A stretch of 39,554 nt of DNA from a virus. Below, piece by piece: positions 6,851 through 14,004 of the stretch. The notes beneath the pieces were generated by a model that did no database searches, was not told where the DNA came from, and saw nothing but the letters and a program-made list of their open reading frames with translations. The position numbers were made by a program, and so were the translations under genes. The number at the start of each line of letters is the position of its first letter. Within the stretch, counting starts at the first letter, position 1. The stretch covers positions 1 to 39,554 of IMG/VR virus record IMGVR_UViG_3300028625_000003, one strand, 5' to 3'.

Positions 6851-8323
6851 ATGCCCAACACACTCTACTACGGCGACAATCTGCCGATCTTGCGCCAGCA
6901 CGTCGCCGACGAGTCGGTGGACCTGGTCTACCTGGATCCACCATTCAACTCCAACCGCTCCTACAACGTGCTGTTCAAGGACGAAGGCGGCCAGGAGTCT
7001 GCGGCCCAGATCGAAGCCTTCGCCGACGCTTGGCACTGGGATGCGGTCGCTGAGCGCACCTACCAGGAGCTGGTCACCGAGGCGCCGGCGCACGTGGGTC
7101 AGATGATTGGGGCACTCCGCCAGTTCATCGGTTCCAACCAGATGATGGCCTACCTGGTGATGATGGCCGCGCGGCTGGTGGAGCTGCATCGGGTGCTCAA
7201 AGAAACGGGTAGCCTGTACCTGCACTGCGATCCGACGGCGAGCCACTACTTGAAGGTGCTCATGGATGCTGTATTCGGGGCGACGACGTTCTTGAACGAG
7301 ATTATCTGGTATTATCGCGGGGCCGGAGTGCCCCACGACGCCAGGGCGCACAGACACGACGTTCTGCTGCATTACGCGAAGTCGGCGGGAAAGCAATATT
7401 TCGACCCTGATCCTATCCGGCGCCCGTATGCGCAAGCCACTACCGAGAGATTTAGCCATTACATCGGCAACGTGCGTGGTGGCAGGGATTTTGGTGTTCA
7501 GAAACTCAATCCAAAAGGGAAACACCCGGATGATGTGATTATTGATATACAACCAATAGCTCCTTCCGCGAGGGCTCGTTTGGGCTATCCCACCCAGAAG
7601 CCTGAAGAGTTGCTAACAGAGGTGATTGCGGCTAGCAGCAGAGAAGGAGATATTGTTCTAGACCCCTTCTGCGGCTGCGGCACCGCTATTGTAGTAGCCG
7701 AGCGACTGAAACGGCGGTGGATTGGTATCGACATCACCCACCTGGCCATCTCCTTGATCCGCTACCGGCTGGAGAGCTCCTTCCCGGGGATCCAGTTCGA
7801 GACCGTCGGGGAGCCCGAGGACCTCGGTTCCGCGCGGCAACTCGCCCAGGACGACCCTTACCAGTTCCAATGGTGGGCCCTCTCGCTCCTGCGGGCCAAG
7901 CCCCTGGGTGGGCAAGTGGGCAGCAAGAAAGGCAAGAAGGGTGCCGATCGGGGCATCGATGGGGTGATCAACTTTATCGACGATGCTTCGGGCAAGCCCA
8001 AGCGGGTGCTGGTCCAGGTAAAAGGCGGGGGCGTCAAGAGCGGCGACATTCGGGACTTGCACGGCGTGATCGACCGGGAGCAGGCGGCGATCGGTGTCTT
8101 TGTGACCCTGGAGCCGCCCTCGGGGCCGATGAAAACCGAGGCCGTCTCTGCGGGCTTCTATCACTCGCCTGGCTGGAATCAGGATTATCCCCGGTTGCAG
8201 ATTCTGACGATCGCCGAGCTGCTGGCCGGCGCCAAGGTTGCCATGCCGCCGGCGCACGGGACATTCAGGGAGGCGCCCCGGGCGCAGCAGGAGGATGGGC
8301 AGCAGATGGAGTTGGGGATGTAG
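6851..8323 (+). CDS. beta-class N6-adenine/N4-cytosine DNA methyltransferase fused to a C-terminal Mrr-like (PD-(D/E)xK) restriction-endonuclease-fold domain
   Basis: ORF track 6851..8323. Motif IV DPPF (LVYLDPPFNSN) lies upstream of motif I (VLDPFCGCGT). C-terminus GADRGIDGVINF...RVLVQVKGGG...IRDLHGV...GVFVT resembles an Mrr_cat core. Confidence 0.85.
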   Translation: MPNTLYYGDNLPILRQHVADESVDLVYLDPPFNSNRSYNVLFKDEGGQESAAQIEAFADAWHWDAVAERTYQELVTEAPAHVGQMIGALRQFIGSNQMMAYLVMMAARLVELHRVLKETGSLYLHCDPTASHYLKVLMDAVFGATTFLNEIIWYYRGAGVPHDARAHRHDVLLHYAKSAGKQYFDPDPIRRPYAQATTERFSHYIGNVRGGRDFGVQKLNPKGKHPDDVIIDIQPIAPSARARLGYPTQKPEELLTEVIAASSREGDIVLDPFCGCGTAIVVAERLKRRWIGIDITHLAISLIRYRLESSFPGIQFETVGEPEDLGSARQLAQDDPYQFQWWALSLLRAKPLGGQVGSKKGKKGADRGIDGVINFIDDASGKPKRVLVQVKGGGVKSGDIRDLHGVIDREQAAIGVFVTLEPPSGPMKTEAVSAGFYHSPGWNQDYPRLQILTIAELLAGAKVAMPPAHGTFREAPRAQQEDGQQMELGM

Positions 8324-8343
8324 TGTAGAGGAGGGAGGTCGAG

Positions 8344-8607
8344 ATGGAGTCCGTGATAGGCACAATTGCCAAGGACGGAGTGGTAGTAGTGACTGACATG
8401 GTTATACAGCTTGAGGCTCCTACGCGCGCGGGCTGGGGCGGTTCGTTCGTATTGTATCGACGAAGCATTTCCGCTGGACAATATGAACTGCAATTGCAGG
8501 ATGGCCGCCATGGCGATATCATAATACAAAGAGTTGACAGCGCGCACGTCACTGGTACAAGAGTAGTCCGCTTCATGGGAAACAGATCCCTACTTGGCGG
8601 AGAATAG
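8344..8607 (+). CDS. hypothetical small protein (87 aa) in a low-GC patch
   Basis: ORF track 8344..8607; GGAGGGAGG SD 5 nt upstream. Directly follows the methyltransferase. Confidence 0.55.
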   Translation: MESVIGTIAKDGVVVVTDMVIQLEAPTRAGWGGSFVLYRRSISAGQYELQLQDGRHGDIIIQRVDSAHVTGTRVVRFMGNRSLLGGE

Positions 8608-8651
8608 AATACCGGCCTGGAATCTATTGCTCCGGCGAGAAACTAGCCTCT

Positions 8652-8680
8652 TTGCTTTTCCCGCTTCTTTGTGCTATACT
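8652..8680 (+). promoter_or_regulatory. extended -10 promoter candidate (TTGCTT-17-TGcTATACT)
   Basis: TTGCTT 8652-8657, TG 8672-8673, TATACT 8675-8680. Confidence 0.45.
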
Positions 8681-8687
8681 ATCCCCA

Positions 8688-8718
8688 GCCCTCGGCGCGC
8701 CCCCGCTGCGCCGAGGGC
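8688..8718 (+). promoter_or_regulatory. 11-bp GC hairpin in the leader of the DUF2292-like ORF; its 3' arm contains that ORF's SD
   Basis: GCCCTCGGCGC (8688-8698) pairs with GCGCCGAGGGC (8708-8718), 9-nt loop. GAGGG at 8713-8717 lies 8 nt before TTG 8726. Confidence 0.6.
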
Positions 8719-8725
8719 CTGTCCT

Positions 8726-8914
8726 TTGGAACTGACCGACCAGGAACGCCGCTTGATCGAACTATTGCGCCGGCTCTACTGCGCCGACGTGCACCTCCAC
8801 GTCGAGCGCGGGGTCCTCGCCGTGCGCAGCCGGGTCGAGCAGAGCGTGCACCTCGATCGGCCGCTGGCCGGCCAGTTCGCGGAACTAGAACAAACTGTTG
8901 ACAAACCCCACTAG
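8726..8914 (+). CDS. DUF2292 (YezD)-like small protein (62 aa)
   Basis: Inside ORF 8594..8914 with a TTG start. ELTDQERRLIELLRRLYCADVHLHVERGVLAVRSRVEQSVHL resembles the YezD pattern. Start codon uncertain. Confidence 0.45.
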   Translation: MELTDQERRLIELLRRLYCADVHLHVERGVLAVRSRVEQSVHLDRPLAGQFAELEQTVDKPH

Positions 8915-8926
8915 ATGTGGTATGCT
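8898..8926 (+). promoter_or_regulatory. strong late-operon promoter (TTGACA-17-TGgTATGCT)
   Basis: TTGACA 8898-8903, 17-nt spacer, TG 8918-8919, TATGCT 8921-8926. Confidence 0.7.
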
Positions 8927-8967
8927 ATCCGTAGCTGAACACTACCTGTAGCCCGTATCCGGTCGAA

Positions 8968-9011
8968 CCGGGGGCAGCCTCTAAGGAGGTCTGTCCCCGG
9001 TTTTTGTATTT
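8968..9011 (+). terminator. intrinsic terminator between the late promoter and the first late gene (would end a ~75-nt leader RNA)
   Basis: CCGGGGGCAG (8968-8977) pairs with CTGTCCCCGG (8991-9000), with an inner CCTC/GAGG extension, followed by TTTTTGTATTT (9001-9011). Confidence 0.75.
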
Positions 9012-9026
9012 CAGGAGCCCGCTATC

Positions 9027-9830
9027 ATGCCCACCGCCGAAGCACAAGGCCTGATCCAGCTCGCGATCAACCTCGGGTTCGCCGCGACGATGTGCATCTT
9101 TGTCTTCGTCGCTTACCAGAAGTTGGTCAACCGGCTGGCCGACATCATCGAAGGCAATACCAAGGCGATGACCAACCTGCGCGCGGTCATCGTCGCTTTG
9201 TGTCAGCGCTGGGATAGCGCCGGGCGCCCGGATGCCAAGGTGGATCCGGCGATACCGGATGGCCGGCGCTGGTACGACGACCCGGAGGTGAATCGTGAGC
9301 GCACTCTGTATCTTTCTGCTGGGGATCATTGCCACAGTCGCCGCGCTGGTGGCGTTCGTCAACGTGCTGGTCTCCAAGTTCCTGAGCGGCAAACCCTGGT
9401 GGGAGAACCTGGACGGCCTGGTCAAGCGGATCGTGATGTTCGCGCTGGCCGTCCTCCTCGCCGTCGGCGTGTGGCTGCTCGCGCGCTTTATCCAGTGCGA
9501 GGGTGTGCCGGAATTACAGGCCGTCGTCGAGCTGATCATGGGCGCGGCCCTGCTCTACTTCTTCGGCAAGGCGCAGTACGAGCGCCGCCAGCGGAGCAAG
9601 GCGGAAGAGGCGCCGGGAGGCCCGCGGCGATGACGTTGCCGCCGCTGGATCCGCGGGCCCGCGCCGACCTGGTCCTGATCCGGGCCCTCGTCAAGGGCCT
9701 GCGCAGCCAGGCTATTGACCTGGTCGCCGCGGCCGACGATCTGCTGGCGCGGTTGGTCCCCGACCCGCCGGCGGGGTGGTTGCCGGGAGAGTCCGATGGC
9801 CCTGAAGCCCAAGCACCGCCAGTTCGTTGA
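9027..9830 (+). CDS. first late ORF: only the N-terminal ~89 codons (9027-9294) look coding (YvrJ-like/holin-like single-TM protein), but the frame has no stop until 9830
   Basis: ORF track 9027..9830; AGGAG SD. MPTAEAQGLIQLAINLGFAATMCIFVFVAYQKLVNRLADIIEGNTKAMTNL. The middle third is Arg-rich off-frame-looking sequence that overlaps ORF 9295..9633. Confidence 0.4.
   Translation: MPTAEAQGLIQLAINLGFAATMCIFVFVAYQKLVNRLADIIEGNTKAMTNLRAVIVALCQRWDSAGRPDAKVDPAIPDGRRWYDDPEVNRERTLYLSAGDHCHSRRAGGVRQRAGLQVPERQTLVGEPGRPGQADRDVRAGRPPRRRRVAARALYPVRGCAGITGRRRADHGRGPALLLRQGAVRAPPAEQGGRGAGRPAAMTLPPLDPRARADLVLIRALVKGLRSQAIDLVAAADDLLARLVPDPPAGWLPGESDGPEAQAPPVR
9295..9633 (+). CDS. membrane protein (3 TM, 112 aa; holin-like candidate)
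   Basis: ORF track 9295..9633; GTG after GGAGGTGAATC. High GC3 and clear TM segments; ATGA overlap with the next ORF. Confidence 0.65.
   Translation: MSALCIFLLGIIATVAALVAFVNVLVSKFLSGKPWWENLDGLVKRIVMFALAVLLAVGVWLLARFIQCEGVPELQAVVELIMGAALLYFFGKAQYERRQRSKAEEAPGGPRR
9630..9830 (+). CDS. hypothetical small protein (66 aa)
   Basis: ATG 9630 overlaps the TGA of 9295..9633. High GC3; same frame and stop as ORF 9027..9830. Confidence 0.5.
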   Translation: MTLPPLDPRARADLVLIRALVKGLRSQAIDLVAAADDLLARLVPDPPAGWLPGESDGPEAQAPPVR

Positions 9831-10284
9831 AGAGTACCTGCGCTGCTGGAACGCCAGTGAAGCGGCCCGGCGCGTGGGATACTCGCAGCGGAATGCCGAC
9901 GTCAACGGGCCACGGTTGCTGGTAAATGCTGGTATCCAGGAGGAGATCGAGCGCCGCATCGCCGAGACCAAGGTCTCGGCCGACGAGATCCTCCTGCGCT
10001 TGGCCGACCAGGCCCGCGGTTCGATGGCCGACTTCGTGACCATCGGGCCGGCCGGCGGCGTTACCGTGGACCTGCAAAAGGCGGAGCGGGCCGGGCTCCT
10101 GCACCTGGTGCACCGGCTCGAGGAGACCAAGTACGGTCTCAAGATCGAGCTGTACGACGCCCAGGCCGCGCTGATTACCCTGGGCAAGGGCCACGCCCTG
10201 TGGCGGGAGCAGGAGCCGCCGCCGCCGGGCCAGGTCAACGTGATCGTCGTGCGCCAGGTCGTGGACGATGGCCAGCCGGGTTGA
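9796..10284 (+). CDS. terS: terminase small subunit (P27/Terminase_2-like)
   Basis: Inside ORF 9715..10284. MALKPKHRQFVEEYLRCWNASEAARRVGYSQRNADVNGPRLL is the typical N-terminal HTH signature. Sits immediately upstream of TerL. Confidence 0.8.
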   Translation: MALKPKHRQFVEEYLRCWNASEAARRVGYSQRNADVNGPRLLVNAGIQEEIERRIAETKVSADEILLRLADQARGSMADFVTIGPAGGVTVDLQKAERAGLLHLVHRLEETKYGLKIELYDAQAALITLGKGHALWREQEPPPPGQVNVIVVRQVVDDGQPG

Positions 10285-11641
10285 CGAGTATCACTTCGCG
10301 GTACCCTTTACAACCGAAGACGAGCTCCGCCTGTTCGTCCAGGTGGCGTTCGGGGTGCGCATCCCCGACACGCCGGTCTGCCCGAACCATACGACGCCCT
10401 GGCGGGCCTTCGCCGACGCGTACTTTGCCCGCTCGCGGGTGGCGGTGTGGAAGGCCTCGCGCGGGTTCGGCGGCAAGACGTTCCTCCTCGCGCTCCTGGC
10501 CGCCGTGGAGGCGGCCTCCTTAGGCGCGAACGTGAACGTTCTGGGGGGCAGCGGCGAACAGTCCACCCGGGTCCTGGAGCACTCGCAGACGCTCTGGAAA
10601 GCGTCGAGCGCGCCGCGGGACCTCCTGTCCGGCGACGTGCAGCGCGAGACGCGCTTCCGGCGCGGGAACAAGGTCCGGGCGCTCCTGGCCTCGCAGGCTT
10701 CGGTCCGCGGGCCCCACCCGCAGCGATTGCGGTTGGACGAGGTCGACGAGATGGACGTCACCCTCCTGGACGCGGCCCTGGGCCAGCCGATGGAAGCCGG
10801 CAGCGGGATCCCGGTGCAGACGGTGCTGTCGAGCACCCACCAGTACGCCGACGGCACCATGACCGAGGTCCTGCGGCGGGCGGCGGAGAAGGGCTGGCCG
10901 GTCTACGAGTGGTGTTACCACGAGACGCAGGAGCCCCACGGGTGGCTGGCGCCGGCCGAGGTAGAGGGCAAGCGCAGCGACGTCACCGCGGCGATGTGGC
11001 AGGTCGAGTACGATCTGCAGGAGCCGTCCGCCGAGGCCCGCGCGATCCTCCCGGAGGCCGTGGCCCGGATGTTCGACCGTAGTTTAGGCGAGTTCGAGGG
11101 CCGGCCGGCCGAGTACATTGAAATCGAAGCCCCCGCGGAAGGCGCGGCGTACGCCACCGGCGCCGACTGGGCGCGCAAGCGGGACTGGACGGTGATCAGC
11201 ACGTTGCGGATCGACGTCCACCCCTGGCGGCTCGTCGCCTTCGAGCGCACCGGCCGGCGTCCCTGGCCGGTGATGGTCAAGGCGTTCGACGACCGGGTGC
11301 TGCGCTACCCGGGCCCGGCGGCCCACGACGGCACCGGGATCGGCGACGTCGTCGCCGGGTACATGCAAGCGGACGCGGAAGCGTTCTTGATGGTCGGCCG
11401 GCCGCGGGCGGATCTCCTATCGGAGTGTATCGCGGACCTCGAGCACGGCGCGATCGTGGGGCCGTGGATCCGCTGGGCCGAGTCCGAGCTCAGGTACGCC
11501 GCGGTGGACGACGTGTACGGGGCCGGGCATCTGCCCGACACCCTGGCCTCGCTGGCGTTGGCCCGGCGGGCGGCGCACAAACCACCGGCCAATCTGCCGG
11601 TGGTGTATGACGAAGCCGTGAGGGTGCGCATTGGCTACTAA
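10268..11641 (+). CDS. terL: terminase large subunit
   Basis: ORF track 10268..11641. Walker A ASRGFGGKT, Walker B LRLDEVDE; nuclease-domain acidic motifs GADWARKRDWTV and HDGTGIGD. Confidence 0.9.
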   Translation: MASRVDEYHFAVPFTTEDELRLFVQVAFGVRIPDTPVCPNHTTPWRAFADAYFARSRVAVWKASRGFGGKTFLLALLAAVEAASLGANVNVLGGSGEQSTRVLEHSQTLWKASSAPRDLLSGDVQRETRFRRGNKVRALLASQASVRGPHPQRLRLDEVDEMDVTLLDAALGQPMEAGSGIPVQTVLSSTHQYADGTMTEVLRRAAEKGWPVYEWCYHETQEPHGWLAPAEVEGKRSDVTAAMWQVEYDLQEPSAEARAILPEAVARMFDRSLGEFEGRPAEYIEIEAPAEGAAYATGADWARKRDWTVISTLRIDVHPWRLVAFERTGRRPWPVMVKAFDDRVLRYPGPAAHDGTGIGDVVAGYMQADAEAFLMVGRPRADLLSECIADLEHGAIVGPWIRWAESELRYAAVDDVYGAGHLPDTLASLALARRAAHKPPANLPVVYDEAVRVRIGY

Positions 11642-13223
11642 CCGTTCTCTACTCGAACGAATTGGCGATGCCTTCCTGGGCAAGCGCTTGACTCGCCTGG
11701 CCCGGCTCGAGGAGTCCCTGGAGACAATGCTCCAGCTGACCGGCTGGACGCGGAGCGGTGAGCAGTCGGCCACGCGCGACTTCTCCCCGCTCTCGCGCAA
11801 GGTCGCCCTGGACAACAGCCGCTACTACTGGACCTTCGATCCCAAGGCCGGCCAGGCCGTGCGGTTATACCGCGACTACGTCCTGGGCGGCGGGATGACC
11901 TACACGGCGCCCGACCCGCGCGTGCGCGACGTGATCGACGCCTTCTGGACCAGCGCGCGCAACGCCCCGTTCACGTCCTACCAGGCCCAGCAGAAGCTGA
12001 TCGAGCGCCTGGCGGTGGAGGGCGAGCTCTTCCTGGCCCAGCACACGAACCGCTTTACCGGGGACGTGGTCGTGCGCTCCCTGGATCCCGGGGAGGTTGA
12101 CGAGGTGATCACTGCCCCGGGCGACGACGCCTGGCCGCTCTACTACCAGCGCACCTGGTCGGAGAGGACGTGGGACTACGCCAGCCGTCTGTGGAAGAGC
12201 GAGAGCACGACGAAGTACTACCGCGACGTGAACAACGCCGACGAAGCGCACGACGAGATGAGCGACCGCGGCACCGAGGTGCAAGTACTCCACGTGGCGA
12301 TCAACACGCTGGGCACGCGCGGCGTCCCGGTGCTGTTCCGGGCCCTGCCCTGGGTCAAGGCGCACAAAGGCTTCATGGAGGACCGCGCGACAATCACCCT
12401 GGCCCTGGCGACCTTTGCCTTCCGCCAGAAGGTCAAGGGTAGCAAGGCCGCGGTGGATCGCCTGGCCACCACCTGGGACCAGACCGATATCCTGAGCCGC
12501 TACAACTACGGCGCCGCCGGCGGCCCCGAGCGCGCGGCCGGCGCGCGGACGCTGATCGAGAACGAAGCCGTGACCCTGGAGCAGCTCAAGACCGAGTCCG
12601 GCGCGTCCTCGGCCTACGTCGACGGCCGGATGCTCGTGCACGAGATCTGCGCCGCCACGGGCATCTTCGAGCACTATTTCGGCAATCCCGAGACCGGGAA
12701 CCTGGCCACGGCCACGGCGATGGAACTGCCCATGCTCAAGATGTTCGAGTCCTGGCAGCGGATCGTCGCCGCGGTGTACGAGGCGCTGTTCTACCTGGTG
12801 GTCGTGAAGGCGATCCAGTACGGCGCGCTCCCCGGCGCGGTGCGAAAGACTGACGTGGGCGGGGTCACGCTCTACGTCGTCGAGCCGGGCCGCGGGCCCG
12901 ACCCCGAAAGCGGGGCGACCACCGACCTGGACCTGGGCGTCCACGCGGCATTCCCGCCGATCGTGCAGCGGGACCTGGGCATCTACAGCGCCGCGATCAC
13001 CCAGGCCTTGGCCACCGGCGTCTTTGGAAACGCCATCGCCGACCCGCGCTACCGCGAGGCCGCGCGGCTGCTCCTCGGGGCGATCGGCGTGCCGAACCCC
13101 GAGGCCGTCATCGCCCAGGCCGAGGAGCTCGCGGCCGAGACTGCCGAGCCGGAGGGCCTCGCGCCCCAGGTCGAGGCGCTGCGGGCGCTCCTCCAGGAGG
13201 TGCTCGATGCTGCGCGCGCTTGA
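11631..13223 (+). CDS. portal protein
   Basis: ORF track 11631..13223. 530 aa, immediately after TerL and before a Mu-F/gp7-like gene. Confidence 0.75.
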   Translation: MATNRSLLERIGDAFLGKRLTRLARLEESLETMLQLTGWTRSGEQSATRDFSPLSRKVALDNSRYYWTFDPKAGQAVRLYRDYVLGGGMTYTAPDPRVRDVIDAFWTSARNAPFTSYQAQQKLIERLAVEGELFLAQHTNRFTGDVVVRSLDPGEVDEVITAPGDDAWPLYYQRTWSERTWDYASRLWKSESTTKYYRDVNNADEAHDEMSDRGTEVQVLHVAINTLGTRGVPVLFRALPWVKAHKGFMEDRATITLALATFAFRQKVKGSKAAVDRLATTWDQTDILSRYNYGAAGGPERAAGARTLIENEAVTLEQLKTESGASSAYVDGRMLVHEICAATGIFEHYFGNPETGNLATATAMELPMLKMFESWQRIVAAVYEALFYLVVVKAIQYGALPGAVRKTDVGGVTLYVVEPGRGPDPESGATTDLDLGVHAAFPPIVQRDLGIYSAAITQALATGVFGNAIADPRYREAARLLLGAIGVPNPEAVIAQAEELAAETAEPEGLAPQVEALRALLQEVLDAARA

Positions 13224-14004
13224 ACTGCGCCAGCTGCGCCCGGAGCAGCTGCGCCGGCTGCGGGAGACGCTCGATCGCCTGCTCGCCGAGGCCCGCGGTT
13301 GGACGGACGCGCAGAAGCAGGAGGCCCTGGACCTGGCGCGCAAGTGGCTGGACCAGGCCCGCGCGCGGCGCAAGACGAAGGAGGCCGCCCGGCTGCGCGA
13401 GCGCGCCGGCGCGGACGAGTTCACGCCCGCGGAGCAGGCTGACCTGTTCCAGGACCTGGCGGACGAGACCGCGCAGCTGATCGCCGACACGGCGGCCCGG
13501 GTAGGCGCGGGCGAGATCACGCCCCACCAGTTCTACCTGGACATGGAGCGCTACATCACGCTCCACTGGCGGGCCGCCTACATCGTCGGCAAGGTTGCCG
13601 CCGGCGGGGACGAGAAGCTGACGCGCTCCGAGGAGAAGGCCCTGTGGGCCGCGCGCAACGAGCAGATCAAGTACCTGAACAAATTCTACCAGGCGGTGCG
13701 CGATGGCCAACTCAGCGCGGCGCAGATCGGCGCCCGCGCGGGCCTCTACGCCCGGGCGATCCAGGCCCCCTACCACCGCGGCCAGGCCGGGGCCTACGGG
13801 GACCTCCGGCTGCCCCAGGTGCCGGGGGACGGCAAGACGCGCTGCCGCACGAACTGCCAGTGCCGGCTGCGCTACGAGCTGGTCCACGACGCCGACGGCA
13901 ACGTCGTCGCCGTCAACGTCTACTGGGAGCTGGGCGTCGCCGAGCACTGCGACGACTGTATCGGGCTCGCCGCGCGGTGGAACCCGCTGCGGGTGGAGGT
14001 CTAG
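13207..14004 (+). CDS. head morphogenesis protein (Mu gpF / SPP1 gp7-like minor capsid protein)
   Basis: Inside ORF 13024..14004; ATG 13207. C-terminal PGDGKTRCRTNCQCRLRYE motif; follows the portal gene. Confidence 0.7.
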   Translation: MLRALELRQLRPEQLRRLRETLDRLLAEARGWTDAQKQEALDLARKWLDQARARRKTKEAARLRERAGADEFTPAEQADLFQDLADETAQLIADTAARVGAGEITPHQFYLDMERYITLHWRAAYIVGKVAAGGDEKLTRSEEKALWAARNEQIKYLNKFYQAVRDGQLSAAQIGARAGLYARAIQAPYHRGQAGAYGDLRLPQVPGDGKTRCRTNCQCRLRYELVHDADGNVVAVNVYWELGVAEHCDDCIGLAARWNPLRVEV

